A DNA stretch of 32,000 nt from Mycolicibacterium smegmatis (GTDB lineage Bacteria > Actinomycetota > Actinomycetes > Mycobacteriales > Mycobacteriaceae), in NCBI RefSeq assembly GCF_001457595.1, contig NZ_LN831039.1, positions 3,660,001-3,692,000 on the forward strand. Reading direction: 5' to 3'. The position numbers were made by a program, and so were the translations under genes. Numbering within the stretch: the first letter of the stretch is position 1; every line of letters begins with the position of its first letter. Below the pieces are notes generated by a model. It worked only from the letters and a program-made list of their open reading frames with translations, ran no database searches and was not told the origin of the DNA. Positions 24,005 through 31,467 of the stretch are shown here, one piece after another.

Positions 24005-25375
24005 TCATACGCTCCAGGCCAACCGGAACCGATCGGCGAGTTCCTCGGGCGGGAGCTCACCGAAGTTCTTCTGCTCGTACCGGCGAACGGCCAACACCGC
24101 GTCGACGATCTCGTCGCCGAGAATCCCCCGGATCAGTGGCGAGGCGTCCAGGGCGGGCAGGGTTTCGGCCTGGCCGCACGGCAGCAGTTCGGCGCCGGAC
24201 TCGGTGCGTTGTGCGTCGGTGAGTGCCGACGGATCGACCGACACCTCGCGCGGCAGCGGAAGCCGGTTATCGATGCCGTGCAGGGCAAGGCCGAGGATCG
24301 TCGCGGTGGCCAGGTACGGATTGGCCGATGGGTCGATGACCTTGACCTCGACGTTGGCGCCGTGCGGATTGCTCGGTCCGCCGATGATGAATCGCACGGC
24401 GGCCTCGCGGTTCTCGGTACCCCAGCAGTTGTGTGCGCCGGCCCAGTGTCCCGGCTGCACGCGCAGACCCGACAGGACCGAGCCGCACAACACGCCCTGC
24501 GCGGCGGGTAACCCGGCCAGCAGACCTGCCACCGCGGACTCGCCTTCCTCGGTCATGCCGCGTGCGCCGTTGCCGCCGGAGAGCAGCGGTGTGTCGTCGC
24601 GGCACAGCGAAAAGTGCTGGTGGGAACCGGATCCCACGCCGCCGGCGAACGGTAGCGGCGACAGGCTGGCCCGCAGCCCGTGACGTCGCGCCACCCGCGC
24701 GACGATGATGCGCATCAAAATCAGCTGATCGGCCGCCGCCACCGGCGGCAGCGGCGCAAGCGAGATCTCGAACTGGTTGGCGCCGTACTCGGGGTGGAAC
24801 TGCTCGATCGCCACCCCGGATGCGTTGGCCGAGTCGGTGACCTCGCGGACGAAACCCTCGAACTCGAGCAGGCCCGCGAGGCCGTACTGGGCCCACATCA
24901 GCGAGGGCAGGCGGGAGCCGTCGGGCCCGACGAGGACGAACTCCATCTCGTGGCCGACCTGCGCGGTGAGCCCGGCCGTCTCGAGCCGGTCCGCGACGCG
25001 CTGCAGGGCATATCTGCTGCAGTAGGGGTCGGGCGCGCCGTCCTGATCGAAGAAAGCGCCGGGCGCCCAGGCCAATCCGTCCCCGAGGATGCGCAATGCG
25101 CTGAGGTCGATGCGGATGCGCTGATCACCGACGACGCTGATCGCGTCGCTGAAGACGATGCCGACCTGGTCGATGGTGAAGGCGTGGAAGACCGGGCTCG
25201 CGCCCAGGCCCGGCTCGGCGAATGTGCTCATGCGCCGTAGCGGAACTGTTTTCGCGTGGATCAGCCCGGCCGGGTTGACGACCGTGCCGATCAGCGTCGC
25301 GACACCGTCGGATTCGAGCTGGGCGATGGCCGCTGCAGCGAGAGGTTTGCCTGACCGCGAAGTCACACAAGCCAT
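24005..25375 (-). CDS. glnA3: glutamine synthetase family protein, GlnA3-type (gamma-glutamyl-amine ligase-like)
   Basis: The GS catalytic region reads HPEYGANQFEISLAP...GSGSHQHFSL...WGTENREAAVRF...NVEVKVIDPSANPY. The order bfrA, 686-aa MFS, GS on the same strand matches my recollection of M. tuberculosis Rv1876-Rv1877-Rv1878. The symbol rests on synteny and memory only. Confidence 0.8.
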   Translation of the reverse strand: MACVTSRSGKPLAAAAIAQLESDGVATLIGTVVNPAGLIHAKTVPLRRMSTFAEPGLGASPVFHAFTIDQVGIVFSDAISVVGDQRIRIDLSALRILGDGLAWAPGAFFDQDGAPDPYCSRYALQRVADRLETAGLTAQVGHEMEFVLVGPDGSRLPSLMWAQYGLAGLLEFEGFVREVTDSANASGVAIEQFHPEYGANQFEISLAPLPPVAAADQLILMRIIVARVARRHGLRASLSPLPFAGGVGSGSHQHFSLCRDDTPLLSGGNGARGMTEEGESAVAGLLAGLPAAQGVLCGSVLSGLRVQPGHWAGAHNCWGTENREAAVRFIIGGPSNPHGANVEVKVIDPSANPYLATATILGLALHGIDNRLPLPREVSVDPSALTDAQRTESGAELLPCGQAETLPALDASPLIRGILGDEIVDAVLAVRRYEQKNFGELPPEELADRFRLAWSV

Positions 25376-25408
25376 TCTGCCGCGCCGCGGCGGGCGGCAC
25401 AGCGCGAA

Positions 25409-25891
25409 CTACAGAGTGATCTTGCAGCTCTGCCCAATGTCGAGGGTGCGCAGCATGCGGCCCATTCCCAGCCACATCGCGCACGACAGGGCCAGATCGG
25501 TCAGCAGCTCGGGGTCGAAATGCTCACCGGCGCGCGCCCAGAAATTCTCGTCGTCACGCAGCGCGGTGTGTTCGGTGGCGAAGCGGTGGGCGAACTCGGC
25601 CGCGACGCGCTCGGCCGGGCTGTACCCCGGCCAGGTGCGCCACTCGGCGGCGTGCACGTAGAGCTCCTCGTCGACGCCGGCGGCCGCACCCTCGCCGTCG
25701 CGGGTGTTCTGGCACACCACGCATTCGTTGTCGAGCGCGATCACCATGCGGGCCAGTTCACGCACCCGCATGGGGAGCCTGCCCTTGGTGTAGACCGCGT
25801 GGGTGTAGTTGGCCATGGCGGTGCCGATGTCGGGTGAGCGCTGAATCCAGCCCGCCACGTCGTCGTCGGGGAAATCTCCGATCCGGCTCAT
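25409..25891 (-). CDS. carboxymuconolactone decarboxylase (AhpD-like) family protein
   Basis: It has an ECVVCQN CxxC motif in a helical protein of about 160 aa. ATG 25891 is chosen because the codons between 25892 and 25942 are AT-ending (aaa cta gaa cct gtt cca gat), which is atypical for this genome. Confidence 0.8.
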   Translation of the reverse strand: MSRIGDFPDDDVAGWIQRSPDIGTAMANYTHAVYTKGRLPMRVRELARMVIALDNECVVCQNTRDGEGAAAGVDEELYVHAAEWRTWPGYSPAERVAAEFAHRFATEHTALRDDENFWARAGEHFDPELLTDLALSCAMWLGMGRMLRTLDIGQSCKITL

Positions 25892-26001
25892 GACCGGATC
25901 GTACGCGCGTCTCTGCCGATCTGGAACAGGTTCTAGTTTCATGCGCGCTCGATCGGCGCGAGCGTGCGCGAACTGCTGAGATTCTGCGGCGTGGCGGGGT
26001 G

Positions 26002-26060
26002 CAGACGCGCACGTTCGCGGTGCCAGGTGAGGTGCCCAGACCCGCGCACGTTCGCGGTGC
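26002..26060. repeat. two direct copies of CAGA(CC)CGCGCACGTTCGCGGTGC spaced 37 nt apart, immediately 3' of the MFS stop
   Basis: The exact 18-mer CGCGCACGTTCGCGGTGC occurs at 26006-26023 and 26043-26060. Confidence 0.6.
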
Positions 26061-26063
26061 GGG

Positions 26064-28124
26064 TCAGGCGGCGGGGCCGGCGGCGGAGGCGAGTTCGGCG
26101 CGGTCGTCGGACCAGTCACGTTGGACGAGCATCCGGTGGGCGATGCGTTCGAGCGCGGCCTCGACCTGGACGCGGTCGGGGCGACCTTCGAAGGACGGGG
26201 ACTTCTCGAGCTTTTCGATGATGCGCCCGACGAGTGCGGTGGAGACCGCGTCGACCTGGCTCAGGCCGGCCTGGGTCAGCCACAGCCGATCCCCCGTGCG
26301 CAGCGCGTATCCGCCCGTGACGAGACGGTCGAAGATCGGCTCGAACACCTCGTAGGGAACGCGCAGGCGTTCGGCGATCGCGGTGAGCGTGGCCGAGCCG
26401 AACACCTGACTGTGCCGGTAGATCTGCAGCAGTGCCCACAGTCCCGCGACGTCGAGATCGCAGCCCGGGCAGCCCGCGACCGTGCGCAACCGGATCTCCG
26501 GAGAGTGGCGCATGATCCGGCTGATCGCGGTCTCCAGGACCTTCTCGGCAGGCTCGGTGCTCGGCATGCCGAATCCCTCGCCCAGGTCGACCGCTGCGGT
26601 CGGATCCAGCTCCTGCAGCGGCACCTCCTTGAGGAACAGCGACACCACGAAACCCAGCAGCGCGACCGGCGCGGCGCACAGGAACACCAACCCGAGCGAG
26701 TCGGCATATGCCTCGACGATCGGGGCGGCGATATCGGGTGGCAACTCGTGCAGCACCTTGGGCGACTCCCCCGCCGCGGGCGGTGCGCCGCTTTCGGCGA
26801 TGGCCGTGACGAGCCTGCTCGAGAGGAAGTTGGCGAACAGCGACCCGAAGATCGCGGCGCCGAACGAGCTGCCGATGGTGCGGAAGAACGTCACACCTGA
26901 GGTCGCGACGCCGAGATCGTCGAAGCGCGACGTGTTCTGCACCGTGAGGATCAGCACCTGCATGCACAGGCCGATGCCTGTGCCGAGGATGAACAGGTAC
27001 AGCGACTGCAGCACGAACGGGGTGGTGGCGTCCATGCGCGACAGCAGCAGGAAGCCCACCACCATGATCGCCGTGCCCATGACGGGAAAGATCTTGTACC
27101 GGCCGGTGCGGCCCACCAGGGCGCCGCTGCCGGTCGAGGTGATGAGCAGGCCGGCCACCATGGGCAGGGTGCGCAAACCGGACTCGGTGGCCGACACGCC
27201 GTCGACGAACTGCATGAACGTCGGCAGGAACGTGAGTGCGCCCAGCATCGCGAAACCCACGATGAACGACAGCACACAGCACACCGTGAACACCGGGCTG
27301 CGGAACAGGCGCATCGGCAGGATCGGTTCGGCCGCACGGGTTTCCGCACGGACGAACAGCACCAGCGCGATGATCGAGCCGATGAACAGGCCGATGATCA
27401 TCGGCGAGGTCCATGCGTATTCGCCGCCGCCCCAGCTGGTGGCCAGCGTGAGGCCGGATGCACCGAGACCCACGAACAGGATCCCGACGTAGTCGATCGC
27501 GGGCCTGCGGCCCGAGCGCACCAGCGCCGGGATGGCGCCTGCGGCGATGACCAGCACGAGGATGCCGACGGGAACGTTGATCCAGAACGCCCAGCGCCAG
27601 GACATGTGGTCGGTGAAGAACCCGCCGAGCAGCGGCCCGATCACGGTCGTGACGCCGAACACCGCCCCGAGCGCCCCCTGGTAGCGCCCGCGGTCGCGCA
27701 ACGGGATCACCTCACCGATCAGCGCGGTCGCGGTCACCATCATCGCGCCGCCGCCGATACCCTGCAGTGCGCGTGCGGCCACGAGCATGGTCATCGAACC
27801 CGACAGACCGCACAGCACCGACCCGGCGAGGAAGAACAGCACCGCGGCCTGGAACACCACCTTGCGGCCGAACAGATCGCCCACCTTGCCGACCACCGCG
27901 GTGACAATGGTCGAGGCCAGCAGATAGCTCGTCACCACCCAGGACTGATGACCTGCTCCCCCGAGGTCGGCGACCACGGTCGGCAGCGCGGTCGCGACGA
28001 TCGTCTGGTCGAGGGCCGCCAGCAGCATGCCGAACAGCACCGCGAGGAACACGAGGTTGCGCCGACGCGGCGTGAGCAGCAGCTCCGGCGGCTGCGGCGG
28101 GGCACTCGCTGGTGAGCTCGTCAT
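26064..28124 (-). CDS. DHA2-family (EmrB/QacA-like, 14-TMS) MFS efflux transporter with a C-terminal cytoplasmic MarR-like winged-helix extension of about 190 aa
   Basis: The N-terminus LFGMLLAALDQTIVATALPTVVADLGG and GKVGDLFGRK are DHA2 motifs. After the last TM, LDVAGLWALLQIYRHSQVFGSATLTAIAERLRVPYEVFEPIFDRLVTGGYALRTGDRLWLTQAG looks like a MarR-type wHTH. SD AAAGGA precedes ATG 28124. The size matches M. tuberculosis Rv1877 (687 aa, from memory). Confidence 0.9.
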   Translation of the reverse strand: MTSSPASAPPQPPELLLTPRRRNLVFLAVLFGMLLAALDQTIVATALPTVVADLGGAGHQSWVVTSYLLASTIVTAVVGKVGDLFGRKVVFQAAVLFFLAGSVLCGLSGSMTMLVAARALQGIGGGAMMVTATALIGEVIPLRDRGRYQGALGAVFGVTTVIGPLLGGFFTDHMSWRWAFWINVPVGILVLVIAAGAIPALVRSGRRPAIDYVGILFVGLGASGLTLATSWGGGEYAWTSPMIIGLFIGSIIALVLFVRAETRAAEPILPMRLFRSPVFTVCCVLSFIVGFAMLGALTFLPTFMQFVDGVSATESGLRTLPMVAGLLITSTGSGALVGRTGRYKIFPVMGTAIMVVGFLLLSRMDATTPFVLQSLYLFILGTGIGLCMQVLILTVQNTSRFDDLGVATSGVTFFRTIGSSFGAAIFGSLFANFLSSRLVTAIAESGAPPAAGESPKVLHELPPDIAAPIVEAYADSLGLVFLCAAPVALLGFVVSLFLKEVPLQELDPTAAVDLGEGFGMPSTEPAEKVLETAISRIMRHSPEIRLRTVAGCPGCDLDVAGLWALLQIYRHSQVFGSATLTAIAERLRVPYEVFEPIFDRLVTGGYALRTGDRLWLTQAGLSQVDAVSTALVGRIIEKLEKSPSFEGRPDRVQVEAALERIAHRMLVQRDWSDDRAELASAAGPAA

Positions 28125-28158
28125 GACGTCCTTTCACGCATCCGGCAAACCGCCGGCT

Positions 28159-28176
28159 CGATATGGAGTCATATCG
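28159..28176. promoter_or_regulatory. AT-rich inverted repeat CGATATG-gagt-CATATCG, 35-52 nt upstream of the DHA2 MFS start; candidate operator
   Basis: Perfect 7-bp arms, seen directly. It lies in the 156-bp bfrA-MFS spacer, which is locally AT-rich. Confidence 0.3.
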
Positions 28177-28280
28177 TTAGTTCAGCTATGGAAGTTACAG
28201 CACGCATGACACCGCCCCGGGCAACCGGCGGTCTACCGGCTACCCGAGGCGGTGATGGGCGAAACCGAGCGAGTTCTCGG

Positions 28281-28766
28281 TCAGGCGCTACCCGGAGGCC
28301 GGGAAACGCATTGCGCGGCATAGAGCGCGTCGCCGAGCTTGTCCATGAGCTGCAGTTGGGTCTCGAGGTAGTCGATGTGCGTCTCCTCGTCGGCGAGGAT
28401 CTGCTCGAGGAGCCGGGCCGACGTCGCATCCTGCTTCTCGCGGCACAGCACGATGCCGGGCTTCAGACGCTCGAGCACCTCGTACTCGATCGCCAGGTCG
28501 GCCTCGAATTGTTCACGGAGCGTCTGACCCACGCGCAGCGAAAACAAGCGCTGGTAATTCGGCAACCCGTCGAGCAGCAGAATTCGATCGGTGATCGTTT
28601 CCGCGTGCCGCATTTCTTCGAACGATTCGGCACGCGTATGTTCGGCCAGTTCGGTGAATCCCCAGTTGTCCTGCATTTTGGAATGAAGAAAATACTGGTT
28701 GATGGCCGTCAGTTCGCTCGTCAATTGCTCGTTGAGCAATTTCAGAACATCCGGGTCCCCTTGCAT
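28281..28766 (-). CDS. bfrA: bacterioferritin BfrA
   Basis: MQGDPDVLKLLNEQLTSELTAINQYFLHSKMQDNWGFTELAEHTRAESFEEMRHAE...DYLETQLQLMDKLG is near-identical in pattern to M. tuberculosis BfrA as recalled. It carries the ferroxidase ligands and the heme-ligand Met (HSKMQ). SD AGGAG precedes ATG 28766. Confidence 0.95.
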   Translation of the reverse strand: MQGDPDVLKLLNEQLTSELTAINQYFLHSKMQDNWGFTELAEHTRAESFEEMRHAETITDRILLLDGLPNYQRLFSLRVGQTLREQFEADLAIEYEVLERLKPGIVLCREKQDATSARLLEQILADEETHIDYLETQLQLMDKLGDALYAAQCVSRPPGSA

Positions 28767-28943
28767 GGTCACTCCTAGACACCTTGAGGGCTGATCAAGT
28801 GGTGCTGTTTTGCCGTGCACTCTCAATGTAGTGCAGAAAGCCCTTTGTGAGGCAACGCTTAACGCCGTTGTCGGCGAGTCCCGGCCGCGGTGCGCGGTCA
28901 CCGGACGGCGCGCGACTGGGCCGAGAGGGCTGTGGCCACGAAG

Positions 28944-28982
28944 GCTGGACTGCCTTGCCTAAGTAAGGTTAGACTCCGCTAA
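28944..28982. promoter_or_regulatory. two abutting candidate IdeR iron boxes in the bfrA / tandem-domain-gene divergent region
   Basis: 28964-28982 TAAGGTTAGACTCCGCTAA matches the degenerate IdeR consensus TWAGGTWAGSCTWACCTWA at 15/19, with a perfect left half. 28944-28962, read on the minus strand as TTAGGCAAGGCAGTCCAGC, matches at 12/19 with a strong left half. The first box overlaps a TAGACT -10-like hexamer about 40 nt upstream of ATG 29017. Confidence 0.45.
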
Positions 28983-29016
28983 CCATGACTCAGGCAGGTG
29001 TGGAAAGGCCCGGTGA

Positions 29017-29649
29017 ATGAGCGAGTACGATTTGCACTCGCTCATCCTTGCCTGCGATTTCCGCGTCGATGATGTCGACGACATGTGGAAATGGATGAAC
29101 AAACACCGCGACGGCCTCAAATCGATCGGGGCGCACCATGTGGTGCTCTACAAATCGATCTGGGAACCGGGCCGCGTCCTTGTGACCATCGGCATCCGGC
29201 AGGCACGTTCGATACGCGAATTGCTGCGATCGCCCGAAATCTTCGAATGGTTCGACAAGTCCGGCGTCCAAGACATACCTCCCATTTTCGGCGGCGAGGT
29301 GGTCGAGAAAATCGACCTCGGTGAACCGACCCCGGAAACGCACGTCGCCGGTGTCATCGTCGGCGCGGTCGCACCCGTCGACGACGTCTCCACACTCATG
29401 CGGAAAGTGCACGACGGCCTCGCGCGATTCGCCGGCAGCGGCATCCGCAAGATCTGGGTCTACCGGGCGCTCGACGACGGCAACGAGGTCATGATCCTGC
29501 AGGAGATCGAGAACGAGGTCAGCGCACGCCAGTGGATCTCGCATCCCGACGCGGCCGCGGAGTGGATGACCAACGCCGGATTCGGCCCGTACCCCAGCCT
29601 GTTCGTCGGGAAGCTGGCGCACATCATGACCGTCGAAGGGCAGGTGTAG
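29017..29649 (+). CDS. uncharacterised 210-aa protein built from two homologous ~100-aa modules (possibly alpha+beta barrel / ABM-like)
   Basis: SD ggaaagg precedes ATG 29017. An internal duplication is visible by eye: DDVDDMWKWMNKHRDGLKSIGAHHVVLYKSIWEPGRVLVTIGIRQARSIRELLRSPEIFEWFDKSGV versus DDVSTLMRKVHDGLARFAGSGIRKIWVYRALDDGNEVMILQEIENEVSARQWISHPDAAAEWMTNAGF. The bfd gene follows 5 nt later. Confidence 0.75.
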   Translation: MSEYDLHSLILACDFRVDDVDDMWKWMNKHRDGLKSIGAHHVVLYKSIWEPGRVLVTIGIRQARSIRELLRSPEIFEWFDKSGVQDIPPIFGGEVVEKIDLGEPTPETHVAGVIVGAVAPVDDVSTLMRKVHDGLARFAGSGIRKIWVYRALDDGNEVMILQEIENEVSARQWISHPDAAAEWMTNAGFGPYPSLFVGKLAHIMTVEGQV

Positions 29650-29654
29650 CGGTC

Positions 29655-29864
29655 ATGTTCGTCTGCCTGTGCACCGGCACCACCAGCCACGTGGTCAACG
29701 AGATCGTGGCGGGCGGCGCGACCACCTCGAAGGAGGTGGCCGAGGCGTGTGGGGCCGGCGGTGACTGCGGCCGCTGCAGGCGCACCATCCGCGCGATCAT
29801 CTCCGCGCATCTGGGCGGCCACACGGCACACCACAACGGCTGCCCGACGCGCGCGAGCGGTTAG
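29655..29864 (+). CDS. bfd: bacterioferritin-associated ferredoxin (BFD-like [2Fe-2S] protein)
   Basis: MFVCLCTGTT...ACGAGGDCGRCRRTI shows the C-x-C...C-x2-C ligand pattern of Bfd. The product is 69 aa. The gene lies close to bfrA. Confidence 0.85.
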   Translation: MFVCLCTGTTSHVVNEIVAGGATTSKEVAEACGAGGDCGRCRRTIRAIISAHLGGHTAHHNGCPTRASG

Positions 29865-30628
29865 CTGCCTGCCGCACCCTTGCGGCCGGTGAACGCCGCG
29901 AGCGCCTCAGCGTTGGCCGCGGCGCCCACGAGCTCGACGAACAACTCGCTCTCGCGGCGGGTGGCCGCCGCGATGGCCTCACGCACCGGGGCGACCATTG
30001 TCTTCTTGACCGCCTGCAGGCTGGTAACCGGTTTGGCGGCAAGGATTTCGGCGTGCCTGCGGGCCTCGGTGAGCAGATCGCCCGGTGTGCAGACCTTGAA
30101 CACCAGGCCCATCTCCTTGGCCTCCGCGGCGCTGATCCACTCCGAGGACATCAGCAGCCAGGCCGCGTTCTGCCTGCCGATCAGGCGCGGCATGAGATAG
30201 GACGACGCCGCCTCCGGCGCCACCCCCAGGCTGGTGAACGGGCATTTGAGCCGCGCGGTGTCGGCCATGAACACCAGGTCGGCGAAACCGAGGATCGTCG
30301 CGCCGATCCCCACGCCCACGCCGTTGACCGCACACAGCAACGGCTTGGGGAAATCGGCGAGCGCCTCGATCATGCCGTAGAACCCGTGCTCCCCCGGTGT
30401 GAAATCCGGGTTGGCGATCCGTGTCTGCATCTCGACCAGGTCGTTGCCCGACGAGAATGCCCGTCCGGCGCCGGTGAGCAGGACCACCGAGACCTCCGGA
30501 TCCCCGCCCGCGGCCAGCAGGGCGTCGGTCACCTCGTCGTAGAGCGCTTCGTTGAACGCATTGAGCGCGTCGGGACGGTTGAGGGTGAGCGTGCGAACCC
30601 GGTTGCTGTCGTCGATCTGCAGGTTCAA
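29861..30628 (-). CDS. enoyl-CoA hydratase/isomerase (crotonase) family protein
   Basis: LTLNRPDALNAFN...VVLLTGAGRAFSSGNDL...AVNGVGVGIGATILGFADLVF is the crotonase oxyanion-hole pattern. TTG 30628 is preceded by SD GAGGAG at 5 nt. Its stop overlaps the bfd stop (TTAG). Confidence 0.9.
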   Translation of the reverse strand: MNLQIDDSNRVRTLTLNRPDALNAFNEALYDEVTDALLAAGGDPEVSVVLLTGAGRAFSSGNDLVEMQTRIANPDFTPGEHGFYGMIEALADFPKPLLCAVNGVGVGIGATILGFADLVFMADTARLKCPFTSLGVAPEAASSYLMPRLIGRQNAAWLLMSSEWISAAEAKEMGLVFKVCTPGDLLTEARRHAEILAAKPVTSLQAVKKTMVAPVREAIAAATRRESELFVELVGAAANAEALAAFTGRKGAAGS

Positions 30629-30687
30629 CGTTTCTCCTCGGGTGGGCTCGTCGACGGCTGAAGAATCGGTGCCTGTGAAGCAGCAGC

Positions 30688-31431
30688 CTAACTAGAACAC
30701 GTTTCACTCGCGGCGGCGGGTGCGGAGAACGGCGAGCGCCAGACATAGCGACTCGTCGGCACCGTGTCGATGTTGCTGCTCGCGCCGAACGCGTCGGTGC
30801 TCGCCACCATGGCCTGCATGCGCCGGGACAGGTCCTCGTCGTCGGCCGCGCCGAAGAACGCGTGCAGATCCGCCACGGCCTGCGGTGGGAACAACTCCTC
30901 GACGATCCCGTCGATCGCCGGTGCGTCCGCGGTGAGCGCGCGCACCACGGTGTTCTGGACATAGCCGAACGTGGCCTGGGTTTCGATGGCCACCGGGGTG
31001 TGGTCGACGTGCCAGCGGTGCAGCCAGGTCGCGGCGTCGAGGTCGGGGGGCCTGCGCAGCAGCGCGATGTTGGCCAACGCGTCGGTACGGCGCCCCGGCG
31101 TCAGGCCCGCCCGGAGGTCCGGTGGCGGCAGCGGCTCCGATTCGGTCACCAGATACGCTGCGGCCGAGTCGCATTCGGCACCGAGGAGGTCAAGCGCGGC
31201 ACGCAGCTGTTCTCCGTGATACTGCTGCACCCATACGCTGGCGAGTGCCACGACCGGAGGATCGAGCGTCGTCAGGGTCATCAGCGAATCGCGCACCGGT
31301 GCGTCACGGATGTTGAGAACCAAGCCGGGAAGCCCGATTTCGAGCAGTTCGGCGCTGACGTCTTGGACCATCCGCGCACACCAGGCGTCGTCAGCGCGCG
31401 CGGACCGCATTGTCACGATGACCTTTTCCAC
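30688..31431 (-). CDS. conserved hypothetical protein (possibly EthD-like)
   Basis: Good GC3 bias over 247 codons. WLHRWHVDHTPVAIE is loosely reminiscent of EthD-domain proteins. The start is uncertain (GTG 31431 or ATG 31410). Confidence 0.65.
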   Translation of the reverse strand: MEKVIVTMRSARADDAWCARMVQDVSAELLEIGLPGLVLNIRDAPVRDSLMTLTTLDPPVVALASVWVQQYHGEQLRAALDLLGAECDSAAAYLVTESEPLPPPDLRAGLTPGRRTDALANIALLRRPPDLDAATWLHRWHVDHTPVAIETQATFGYVQNTVVRALTADAPAIDGIVEELFPPQAVADLHAFFGAADDEDLSRRMQAMVASTDAFGASSNIDTVPTSRYVWRSPFSAPAAASETCSS

Positions 31432-31467
31432 GCTGCGAACCTAGCCCACCGCGCCGCGTGAGCGCCG

